Origin: Clostridiales bacterium
Lineage (GTDB): Bacteria > Bacillota > Clostridia > Oscillospirales > CAG-272
NCBI GenBank assembly: GCA_004554105.1
Contig: SFNW01000004.1
Location: 1-39,304 of the forward strand
DNA length: 39,304 nucleotides
Direction: 5' to 3'
Part shown: positions 25,627 through 33,062 of the stretch, one piece after another
Position numbering within the stretch: position 1 is the first letter of the stretch
Layout of the letters: each line of letters opens with the position of its first letter
Program-made: the position numbers and the translations under genes
Notes under the pieces: generated by a model
Told to the model about the DNA's origin: nothing
Database searches by the model: none
Seen by the model: only the letters and a program-made list of their open reading frames with translations

Positions 25627-27687
25627 TCAACTTCTCATCGTCCGCAGTGCGTTGGCGACGGCAAGCAGACAGACGCCGACGTCGCTGAAAACGGCGACCC
25701 ACAGGTTGGTGATGCCGAACGCCGAAAGGAGAACGACCGCGACCTTGACGATAATCGAAAAAATGATATTCTCGCGCACGATACGCATGGTCTTGCGCGC
25801 AATGCGCAAAACGGCGGGCAGCTTGGTCAGCGAATCGCCCATAATCACCACGTCTGCGGCTTCGAGCGCGGCGGCACTGCCGATGCCGCCCATCGCAACA
25901 CCGACGTCGGCAAGCGCGAGGACGGGCGCGTCGTTGATGCCGTCGCCCACATAAACCATCTTTTTGCCCTCGTCACGCGCGGCGGAAAATGCCTCGACCT
26001 TGTCGGCGGGCAGCAGCTCGGACTTGCAGGTCTTCACGCCGACTTCCTTTGCGACCTGCTCGGCAATCGCGCGCTTGTCGCCGGTCAGCATCATCGTATC
26101 GGTCACGCCGAGCGCGGCGAGAGAGCGAATTGCCTCGGCGCTGTCGGGCTTGATCTCGTCGGCAAAGAGCGCACAGCCGAGATACTTGCCGTCCGCGGCG
26201 GCGTAGACCGCCGTACCGAGCGCGTCGGTCTCGGTAAACGCAATACCGCTTTCCCGCATCAGCGCGGCGTTGCCGCACAGGCAGGCGACGGTCCTGCCGC
26301 CGATTTCCGCCGAAGCGCGAACGCCCTTACCCGGAATGGCGACCGCATCGGTGACGTCGATGCCGTCGGCAAGCGCACCGAACGTGCGCACGGCGGCGAG
26401 CGCAATCGGGTGCGTGCTGTACTTTTCGCAAATCGCCACAACGCGGCAGAGCGCTTCCTCATTCGGCGCGTCCTTGGCGCCGACATAGGCGAAGCTGCCG
26501 CGCGTCAGCGTGCCGGTCTTGTCAAAGGCGGCGGCGTTCACGGCGGTCAGGGCCTCAAGATAGTTGCCGCCCTTGACGAGCACGCCGTTTTTCGACGCCG
26601 CGCCGAGTCCGCCGAACAGACCGAGCGGCACCGAAATGACCAGTGCGCAAGGGCAGGACGCCGCCAGTGCGCAGAGCGCGCGGTAAATCCATGTCCCGAA
26701 GTCGCCGAGACCGAAGAGCGGCGGCAGAACCGCAATCAGCGCCGCAAACACGCAGACAATCGGCGTGTACACCTTGGAAAAGCGTCGGATAAAGGTCTCG
26801 GTGCGGCTCTTGCGCTCCTTGGCGTCCTCCAGCATCGCGAGAATCTTCGCGACCGTGCCGTTTGCATAATCGGCGGTCACGCGCAGCTTGAAGGTCGCGT
26901 CGACGCTCATGCTGCCCGACAGCACCTCGTCGCCGACCGTCCGGGAGACCGGCAGGCTCTCGCCGGTCAACGCCGACAAGTCCATATCGCCCGTCCCCTC
27001 GGTCAAAATGCCGTCGAGCGAAACCTTTTCGCCCGGGGCAACAACGACAATGTCGCCGATTTGCACGTTTTCGGGACTTACGGCAACAAGCTTGCCGTTC
27101 TGCTCGACCGTCACGGTCTCGGGGTGCAGTTCAAGCATCTTGCGAATGCTGCCGCGGCTCTTTGCCACCGCTCTGCCCTGCAAATACTCGCCGAATTCAA
27201 AGAGAATCACCACGGCGCAGCTCTCGGCAAATTCGCCGATGGCGAACGCGCCGAGCGAGGCAATGCTCATCAAGAATTCCTCGCCGAACCAGTCGCCCCT
27301 GCGAATGCCCTTCCATGCGCCGAGCAAAACGCGGTAACCCGCTGCGAGATAGGAGGCGGCAAACAGGAGTGCCGAAACCAAAGTCGGCAGGGGCAAAAAT
27401 CCCGCGCCGAGACCCGCCGCAAACAGCACCGCCGCAATCCCGAGGCGAATCAAAAGCGACTTTCCGTCGCCGTCGTCGTCCGCGTCGTCATGGTCGTGAC
27501 AGCACCCGCAGCCGCAGCCGTCGTCGTCCTCATCGTGCCGATGTCCGTGCTTGTGTTCGCCGTCCCGCGAGCAGCAGCAGCAATCATCATGTTCATGCTT
27601 ATGTTCATGCCCGTGCTCATGTTCATGTTCATGCTCGTGCGCACAGCACGGCTCTTTTTCTTTTTCGGTATCGTTGCTCATCTTCAT
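25627..27687 (-). CDS. Heavy-metal (Cd2+/Zn2+/Co2+-type) translocating P1B-type ATPase with His/Cys/Asp-rich N-terminal tail
   Basis: ORF track, 686 aa. Diagnostic sequence: CPC motif (ASCPCALVISVP), DKTGTLT, GDGINDAP. The N-terminus is EPCCAHEHEHEHEHGHEHKHEHDDCCCCS..DDDGCGCGCCHDHDD, with no GMxCxxC HMA fold. Confidence 0.9.
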   Translation of the reverse strand: MKMSNDTEKEKEPCCAHEHEHEHEHGHEHKHEHDDCCCCSRDGEHKHGHRHDEDDDGCGCGCCHDHDDADDDGDGKSLLIRLGIAAVLFAAGLGAGFLPLPTLVSALLFAASYLAAGYRVLLGAWKGIRRGDWFGEEFLMSIASLGAFAIGEFAESCAVVILFEFGEYLQGRAVAKSRGSIRKMLELHPETVTVEQNGKLVAVSPENVQIGDIVVVAPGEKVSLDGILTEGTGDMDLSALTGESLPVSRTVGDEVLSGSMSVDATFKLRVTADYANGTVAKILAMLEDAKERKSRTETFIRRFSKVYTPIVCVFAALIAVLPPLFGLGDFGTWIYRALCALAASCPCALVISVPLGLFGGLGAASKNGVLVKGGNYLEALTAVNAAAFDKTGTLTRGSFAYVGAKDAPNEEALCRVVAICEKYSTHPIALAAVRTFGALADGIDVTDAVAIPGKGVRASAEIGGRTVACLCGNAALMRESGIAFTETDALGTAVYAAADGKYLGCALFADEIKPDSAEAIRSLAALGVTDTMMLTGDKRAIAEQVAKEVGVKTCKSELLPADKVEAFSAARDEGKKMVYVGDGINDAPVLALADVGVAMGGIGSAAALEAADVVIMGDSLTKLPAVLRIARKTMRIVRENIIFSIIVKVAVVLLSAFGITNLWVAVFSDVGVCLLAVANALRTMRS

Positions 27688-27968
27688 TCCTCCACGTGTT
27701 CAAGCCCTGCACTCAGAATCGTTTTGACATGGTCGTCCGCCAGCGAGTAAAGCATCTGCTTGCCGTCGCGGCGGCAGCGGACAAGGTGGCTCTGCTTCAA
27801 GATGCGGAGCTGATGCGAAATCGCGGTCTGACTCATTTCGAGCGCGGCGGCAATGTCGCCGACGCAGCACTCCTGCTCAATCAGGCAGTACAGCACGCGA
27901 ATGCGCGTGGAGTCGGCAAATATCTTAAACAGGTCGGCTAAATCGTAGATCAGTTCTTCGTCTTCCAT
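27684..27968 (-). CDS. ArsR/SmtB-family metal-sensing repressor
   Basis: The ORF track frame starts at 28181. The start is set at ATG 27968. Diagnostic sequence: LADLFKIFADSTRIRVLYCLIEQECCVGDIAAALEMSQTAISHQLRILK. There is an ATGA overlap with the ATPase start. Confidence 0.9.
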   Translation of the reverse strand: MEDEELIYDLADLFKIFADSTRIRVLYCLIEQECCVGDIAAALEMSQTAISHQLRILKQSHLVRCRRDGKQMLYSLADDHVKTILSAGLEHVEE

Positions 27969-27992
27969 GCTTTGACCCTCTCTATTTGAATA

Positions 27993-28010
27993 TATGAATA
28001 TTTGTTCATA
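27993..28010. promoter_or_regulatory. Candidate ArsR/SmtB operator (inverted repeat) in the arsR promoter
   Basis: TATGAA-tatttg-TTCATA lies 25-42 nt upstream of the arsR ATG, with a further overlapping palindrome TCATA-cgt-TATGA at 28006-28018. Confidence 0.45.
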
Positions 28011-28073
28011 CGTTATGATACAATACCGCCCTGCGTTTGTCAATAGGGTAAGCAAAAATAATTTGCGAAATGC

Positions 28074-28104
28074 AAAAAAAAAGCCGCCGAACGGCGGCTT
28101 TTTC
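28074..28104 (-). terminator. Strong terminator ending the yabP..fumarase-alpha transcript
   Basis: aaaaaaaa-agccgcc-gaac-ggcggct-tttt. On the minus strand the stem is followed by a T8 run. Confidence 0.65.
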
Positions 28105-28129
28105 GTGTAGATAAAATTCGGGCAGATTT

Positions 28130-28293
28130 GCCTTCCCCCTTGGGGGAAGGTGGTGCGAAGCACCGGATGAGGGGTAGCCATTCGCAGAATGGCGTCGCGG
28201 CGGTTATCTTGGAACTTCTTTGACGGGCACTTGCGTGCCCTACCCCTCGTTCCCCGCCTATGGCGGTACCTTTTCCCCCAAGGGGGAAGGCTT
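28130..28293 (+). repeat. Structured intergenic repeat, family A/B, copy A2
   Basis: The element reads gccttccccc-ttg-ggggaagg / ggtgc-gaa-gcacc / tgaggggta..tacccctc / ccgcc-tat-ggcgg / ccttttccccc-aa-gggggaagg. The 5' 50 nt are almost identical to copy A1. Confidence 0.8.
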
Positions 28294-28304
28294 TTTAGAC
28301 TGTC

Positions 28305-28346
28305 AAAGTTTTTTTCGGAATCTCAAGGGGCTTGGGGCGACACCCC
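28305..28346 (-). repeat. Family D repeat, short copy D5 (reverse orientation)
   Basis: The reverse complement reads ggggtgtcgcccc aagccccttgagattccgaaaaaaacttt. Confidence 0.6.
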
Positions 28347-28354
28347 AAACTATC

Positions 28355-29227
28355 TTATATCTCCACCTCCGCGTGGCGGAGAACATGGCAGTTGATGTTG
28401 ACCGCGACGGGCAGCCCCGCAATGTGCGTCGGATAGGCGGCGACGGCGACCGAAAGCGCCGTGGTGTCGCCCGAAAAGCCCTGCGGACCGATGCCGGTGC
28501 GGTTGATTTCGTCGAGCAGACGCGCTTCCAGCGCGGCGTAGCGCGGGTCGGGATTGTGCGTCCCGACAGGGCGCGTGAAGCACTCCTTGGCGAGCGACGC
28601 GCATTTCTCAAAGTCGCCGCCGATGCCGACGCCGACCGAAATCGGCGGGCAGGGGTCTGCGCCCGCGCGCTCGACCGTGTCGACGACAAAGCGCACGATG
28701 TCGTCCTCGGTCGCGGCGGGGGTGAACATCTTCAGCGCGCTCTTGTTCTCACTGCCAAAGCCCTTGGGCAGCGCGACGATGCGGACGCGGTCGCCCGAAA
28801 CCGCGCGAATATGCAGGACGGCAGGCGTGTTGTCGTTTGTATTGCGGCGGTCGTAGAGCGGGTCGGAGACCACCGACAGGCGCAGCGCACCGTCGACATA
28901 GGCACGGCGCACGCCGCGGTCGACCGCCTCGGCAACATTGCCGAGGATATGCGCGTCCTCGCCGACATAGAGAAAGACCACCGCCATGCCGGTGTCCTGG
29001 CAAATCGGCACGTCAATCTCCTTTGCCGCCTCGACGTTGTCGACAAGGCGATGCAGCACGCTTTTGGCAAGCGGGCAGCGCTCCTTTTCTGCCGCGCAGG
29101 CGATGCAGTCGGTCACGTCGCTCGTCAGGGTATAATTTGCCTTGACAAACAGTTCCGCCACTGCGTCCTCAATGCGCTTCGCCTCAATCAGGCGAAGCGT
29201 TTTTCCGTCAACCGTAATTCTGTCCAT
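28355..29227 (-). CDS. Class I (Fe-S) fumarate hydratase / L(+)-tartrate dehydratase alpha subunit
   Basis: ORF track, 290 aa. Diagnostic sequence: CQDTGMAVVFLYVG, GFGSENKS, PCPPISVGVGIGG. The start is 2 nt after the divIC-like stop. Confidence 0.85.
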   Translation of the reverse strand: MDRITVDGKTLRLIEAKRIEDAVAELFVKANYTLTSDVTDCIACAAEKERCPLAKSVLHRLVDNVEAAKEIDVPICQDTGMAVVFLYVGEDAHILGNVAEAVDRGVRRAYVDGALRLSVVSDPLYDRRNTNDNTPAVLHIRAVSGDRVRIVALPKGFGSENKSALKMFTPAATEDDIVRFVVDTVERAGADPCPPISVGVGIGGDFEKCASLAKECFTRPVGTHNPDPRYAALEARLLDEINRTGIGPQGFSGDTTALSVAVAAYPTHIAGLPVAVNINCHVLRHAEVEI

Positions 29228-29229
29228 GT

Positions 29230-29523
29230 TTACTCTTCCAAATCGTTGAAATAAATGATCTCGCCCGGCATACAGTAGCCGAGTTTGCGCCGCGCGACCC
29301 GTTTGACATATTCGTCGTCAAACGGCGCGGCAAGTTCTTCCTTGAGGCGCGCCTGCTCTTCTTTTGCCGCGGCGAGCTGCGCCGCCAGTTCCTCGTTGCG
29401 CGCGTGCATCTCGTTGGTACGCATCCAGATGATACCGACGAAAATCAGCCCGAGAACCAATGCGACGGCAAGCGCCGCGCGCGCCGAAGCAGGCGTGCGC
29501 ACTCTTTCGTTTTTTTGTTTCAT
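29230..29523 (-). CDS. divIC: Septum formation initiator family protein (DivIC/FtsB-like)
   Basis: The ORF track frame starts at 29934. The start is set at ATG 29523, giving 97 aa with an N-terminal TM helix and a coiled coil (NEELAAQLAAAKEEQARLKEEL) followed by YVKRVARRKLGY. Confidence 0.75.
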   Translation of the reverse strand: MKQKNERVRTPASARAALAVALVLGLIFVGIIWMRTNEMHARNEELAAQLAAAKEEQARLKEELAAPFDDEYVKRVARRKLGYCMPGEIIYFNDLEE

Positions 29524-29584
29524 TTTATTTTCGGCAAAGCCCGCCTGTCGGCAAAAGGCTTCCTTTCCTGCGAGCGGCGGCGCG

Positions 29585-30157
29585 TTAGCCCTCCGTGCCG
29601 TTGCGGCAGACATCGCCGCAGCGTTCCATGCGCCGTTTGGCGCGCCGCTTTCGCTTCTTTTCGAGTTTTGCTTCTTTCTTCTTATTATACCAAGCCGAAA
29701 CGCGGCTGACAATAGGCTTTGCGATTTTTCCCGCGAAAGCGCGCAAATGTCTGCCGAGAAAACGCAACGGCAGCCAAAGCAGACGGGCAAGACAGCGCAG
29801 CCCGCGCTTGACCCACGCGGCGACCGTCTCGCAGACCGCGATAAACAGCCGCCCGACCGTGTTGTAGTAGACGAGAAAGCCGCAGAACGCGCCGAGCAGC
29901 GCAAAGCCGCGCACCTCCCCGTTGTTGGTGACAAAGAAAAAAACGCACATCAGCACCGCCGCGACCGCGAAAAACAAAAGGTCGCCGAGCGCGACGATAA
30001 AGCTGCGCACCCACCCGCGCCTGCCGCGCGGCGGACGCACGTCGACGCAGAGCAGCACGCGCGTAAAGCGGATTACATCGTACAAAATGCCGTACAGGAC
30101 GCCGAGGACAAGCGAGGCGGCGAAGCTCGCCGCCTGTCCGACCATCGAAACTTCCAT
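29585..30157 (-). CDS. yabQ: Spore cortex biosynthesis protein YabQ
   Basis: ORF track, 190 aa. It is polytopic, with GVLYGILYDVIRFTRVL as the YabQ signature. There is a TAATG overlap with the yabP stop. Confidence 0.7.
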   Translation of the reverse strand: MEVSMVGQAASFAASLVLGVLYGILYDVIRFTRVLLCVDVRPPRGRRGWVRSFIVALGDLLFFAVAAVLMCVFFFVTNNGEVRGFALLGAFCGFLVYYNTVGRLFIAVCETVAAWVKRGLRCLARLLWLPLRFLGRHLRAFAGKIAKPIVSRVSAWYNKKKEAKLEKKRKRRAKRRMERCGDVCRNGTEG

Positions 30158-30423
30158 TATTTCACGCGGCGGGAAAACAGTCCCTTTTTCTCGCCGGGCG
30201 CTGCGGAATAGTAAAGACCGTCCACCCGTCCCTCAAGCGTGAAGTCGCCGCTCTCGGCGGACATTTGGATAATTTTCAGTCCCTTGCCCTCAATCTCGAC
30301 CTTGCCGAGCGCGGTCATAACCGCGACGAAGTCGTCGTCAAAGGACAGCACCTCGGAAACGCCGTCCATCTTCAGAAATTTGCGGTTTTTCAGCATGATG
30401 CTGCTGTCGCCTGCTTCGGTCAT
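30157..30423 (-). CDS. yabP: Sporulation protein YabP
   Basis: The ORF track frame starts at 30687. The start is set at ATG 30423, giving 88 aa: LKNRKFLKMDGVSEVLSFDDDFVAVMTALGKVEIEGKGLKI..GRVDGLYY. Confidence 0.85.
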   Translation of the reverse strand: MTEAGDSSIMLKNRKFLKMDGVSEVLSFDDDFVAVMTALGKVEIEGKGLKIIQMSAESGDFTLEGRVDGLYYSAAPGEKKGLFSRRVK

Positions 30424-30528
30424 ACGCCAAGGCTCCCTTCCCGAATATTCATAAAAATATATGAGAAAAGCCGACGCTCTATGCAAAACCGAAAGAGCGC
30501 AGGAAGAGCACAGGGCGGCGGGAAGAGC

Positions 30529-30600
30529 GCGGGGCTCTGCCCCGCCCCCGCTCAAGGGGCTTTTTTGTAAAAAAGCCCCTTGAGAATCCGCAAAAAACTT
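30529..30600 (+). repeat. Family D repeat, full-length copy D6
   Basis: gcggggctctgccccgcccccgctcaaggggcttttttgtaaaaaagccccttgagaatccgcaaaaaactt. Confidence 0.75.
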
Positions 30601-30628
30601 CAAGAATGGGACAGACCGTCGGGGTCGA

Positions 30629-30702
30629 GGGACGGACCGTCGAGGACGCCGGTCCCTACGGATTTGTGTGCGGGGCGGCGGGAGCAAGCCCCCGCCCTAC
30701 GG
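30629..30702 (+). repeat. Two tandem family E units (GC hairpin ending in CCCTACGG)
   Basis: Unit 1 is gggacggaccgtcgaggacgccggtccctacgg and unit 2 is gcggggcggcgggagcaagcccccgccctacgg. The core ggcgggagcaagcccccg recurs at 25518-25535. Confidence 0.55.
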
Positions 30703-30762
30703 TTGGTGCGCAGCCGCGCTTTGTCCCCAGACAGCACTTTGCTCCCGGGGGCGGCGGATTTG

Positions 30763-30879
30763 GATGCAGAATCGTCGAAGAACGACGCCGCCGTATACGA
30801 TACGGCAAGTCGCTCCTCGGCGATAGAAAAACGGCACGGAAACCGTGCCGTTTTCGGTCTGCGCCAAAGGCGTCGTCCC
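30763..30879 (+). repeat. Family C structured repeat, copy C2 (abuts the histidine kinase stop codon)
   Basis: gatgcagaatcg, then a long hairpin (tcgtcgaagaacgacgccgccgtat / atacggcaagtcgctcctcggcga), then hairpin aaaaacggcacggaaaccgtgccgtttt, then cggtctgcgccaaaggcgtcgtccc. Confidence 0.7.
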
Positions 30880-32331
30880 TTATAATTCGAAGTAGAAGGT
30901 GCTGCCTACACCCACCTCACTCGTCACCCCGAAGGGCGCACCGTGTGCGGTCAGGATATTCTTCACAATCGACAGCCCCAGCCCCGTGCCGGTGACCGCC
31001 CGTTTGTGCACCTTGTCCACCTTATAATAGCGGTCGAAGATATAGGGCAGGTTCTCCTTGTCAATGCCCTCGCCGTGGTCGATGACCTCAACCCGCAGTC
31101 TGCCGTCCGCCGCGTCACAGAGGCGGATCATGACGGTCTTGTCGTCGCCCGCGTAGTTGATGGCGTTGTTGACGAGGTTGTAGATGACCTGCAAAATGCG
31201 CTTCTTGTCGCAGTCCGCATAGCGTGCGCCGACGCTCTCATAGACGAAGGTGTAGCCCTTGCCCGCCATCAGCTTGCGATAACGGTCAACCACCTCGACG
31301 AGCAGCGCGTCCATGTCAACGTGCTCGATTTCAACCTTCTGCGTGCCGCTTTGGTACTTCGACAGTTCGACGAGATCGTTTACAAGCGAGGTCAGCCGCG
31401 CCGTCTCGTCCAAAACGACCTGCATATTCTCGGGCGTGTTCTCGCCCTCGATGTCGCGCATCATCTCGCAGTAGCCGGTAATCATGGTCAGCGGCGTGCG
31501 CAAATCATGCGAAATATTTGCAATCAGCTCTTTCTGCATCTTGTCGGTGCGCTGCAGTTCCTCCGCCGTGCGATTGAGCGTGTCGGACAGCTCGACAATC
31601 TCGCGATAGCCGCCGCCGTCAAACTGCACGTCGTATTCGCCCGCGGTGAGCTGCTTTGCCGCGCGGTTGACGTCGGCAATCGGACGCGACAGCCACTTGG
31701 CAAGCGAATTGGCAACAAAACCTGCAATCAGCAGCAGCATGACGGTCACCAGCATCAGCTGCAGCATGAGCGCCCCCTTAATCATATTGACCGGAGAAAT
31801 CGCGCTGTCAAACAGCAGAATCAGCGTGCCGCGCGAGGTTTCCTTGACCGAAGCGTAAAGCAGGCGGTCGCGCACGCTGTAATTCTTGCCGATGAATCCG
31901 CCGTCCGTACCGTTTTGGAATCCGCTCAGCGCGGCGCGATGGAAATAGTCCCCGCCCTTGGACAGCGCGCGCTGATAGAGCTTGTTCAGCATATCGTCGC
32001 TGACATTGTGAATCATGCAGCCGCCGATGTCCGCCGTGGTCACCAGCCTGCCGTCCGCGCCGAAGACGCTGATACAAAGTTCGTTGTTCAGCCCGATGCC
32101 CGCGACATTGCCTATAAAGTTTTCGTCCTCGTTGTCGTAGAGCGCGGCAATCTCGTTCGCCGCCGAAACCATGCGGCTCTTGGTCACCTCATAGTAAAAG
32201 CGGTCGAGGAACAGAATCTGAAAACCCCAGAGCAGCACAATCGCCGCCACCGTAAAGGCGGCAAAACTGGCAAAGAGTTTTGCCCGCATCTGCATGACGC
32301 GGTGCGGGTGTTTTTCGGTCTTATGCTTCAT
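30880..32331 (-). CDS. Sensor histidine kinase (2 TM, HAMP, HisKA, HATPase_c)
   Basis: ORF track, 483 aa. The H-box is ISHDLRTPLT and the G-box is GTGLGLSIVK. It overlaps the response-regulator stop by 11 nt. Confidence 0.9.
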   Translation of the reverse strand: MKHKTEKHPHRVMQMRAKLFASFAAFTVAAIVLLWGFQILFLDRFYYEVTKSRMVSAANEIAALYDNEDENFIGNVAGIGLNNELCISVFGADGRLVTTADIGGCMIHNVSDDMLNKLYQRALSKGGDYFHRAALSGFQNGTDGGFIGKNYSVRDRLLYASVKETSRGTLILLFDSAISPVNMIKGALMLQLMLVTVMLLLIAGFVANSLAKWLSRPIADVNRAAKQLTAGEYDVQFDGGGYREIVELSDTLNRTAEELQRTDKMQKELIANISHDLRTPLTMITGYCEMMRDIEGENTPENMQVVLDETARLTSLVNDLVELSKYQSGTQKVEIEHVDMDALLVEVVDRYRKLMAGKGYTFVYESVGARYADCDKKRILQVIYNLVNNAINYAGDDKTVMIRLCDAADGRLRVEVIDHGEGIDKENLPYIFDRYYKVDKVHKRAVTGTGLGLSIVKNILTAHGAPFGVTSEVGVGSTFYFEL

Positions 32332-33007
32332 CGCTGTAGCGGTAGCCTACGCCGCGCAGGGTCACAATGTACGAACTGTAGCGTCCGAGGCTCTTGCGCA
32401 GCAGCTTGACGTGCGTGTCCAGCGTGCGGTCGCCGCCGAAAAAGTCGTAGCCCCAAACCTTGCTGATGAGCGTTTCACGCGAGAGCGCAATATCCCGATT
32501 GCGAATCATGTAAAAGAGAAGATCATATTCTTTCGGCGAAAGTTTGACCTCCTCGCCGTCGACATAGACGCGGCGCGCCGTGAAGTTAACCTCCAGCCCC
32601 TCGCTCTTGTAAATCTCGGCGGCGGGCTGCTCCTCGGTCTGCGGCTTCTGCGCGCGCTTCAGAATCGCCTCCACGCGCAGCATCAGTTCCTTCGGCGAAA
32701 AGGGCTTGACGACATAGTCGTCGATGCCGAGTTCAAAACCGTTGATTTTGTCGTATTCCTCGCCGCGTGCCGACAGCATCAGAATCGGCACGTCGGACTT
32801 TTTGCGAATCTCGCGGCAGGCGGAAAAGCCGTCGAGATTCGGCATCATGATGTCCATAATCACGATGTCGTACTTGTTGTCGCGGCACTTTTCGATTGCC
32901 TGCATACCGTCCTCGGCATAGTCCACCTCGTGCCCCTCGAATTTTGCGTATTTGCCGATGAGTTCGCGGATTTTTTCTTCGTCGTCTACTACAAGTATTT
33001 TGTACAT
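32321..33007 (-). CDS. OmpR/PhoB-family response regulator
   Basis: The ORF track starts at a TTG at 33019. ATG 33007 with a GAGGG RBS is preferred. Diagnostic sequence: MYKILVVDDE..DIVIMDIMMPNLDG, with a winged-helix C-terminus ending ..LRGVGYRY. Confidence 0.9.
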   Translation of the reverse strand: MYKILVVDDEEKIRELIGKYAKFEGHEVDYAEDGMQAIEKCRDNKYDIVIMDIMMPNLDGFSACREIRKKSDVPILMLSARGEEYDKINGFELGIDDYVVKPFSPKELMLRVEAILKRAQKPQTEEQPAAEIYKSEGLEVNFTARRVYVDGEEVKLSPKEYDLLFYMIRNRDIALSRETLISKVWGYDFFGGDRTLDTHVKLLRKSLGRYSSYIVTLRGVGYRYSDEA

Positions 33008-33023
33008 CGTTTCCCTCAATCCC

Positions 33024-33052
33024 GAAAATGCCCCGTAAAGCGGGGCATTTTC
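33024..33052 (-). terminator. Hairpin between htrA and the two-component genes (terminator or attenuator)
   Basis: gaaaatgccccg-taaag-cggggcattttc, a perfect 12-bp stem. Confidence 0.5.
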
Positions 33053-33062
33053 GTTTTATTTG

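Noticed and set aside
27969-28354. A remnant of a fumarase beta-subunit gene downstream of the alpha subunit.
   Set aside because: The whole interval is accounted for by repeat D5, repeat A2, a terminator and the arsR promoter and operator. No frame gives beta-subunit-like sequence.
33008-33019. TTG start at 33019 for the response regulator (ORF track).
   Set aside because: ATG 33007 lies 5 nt after a GAGGG RBS and yields the canonical MYKILVVDDE receiver N-terminus. The TTG would overlap the RBS itself.
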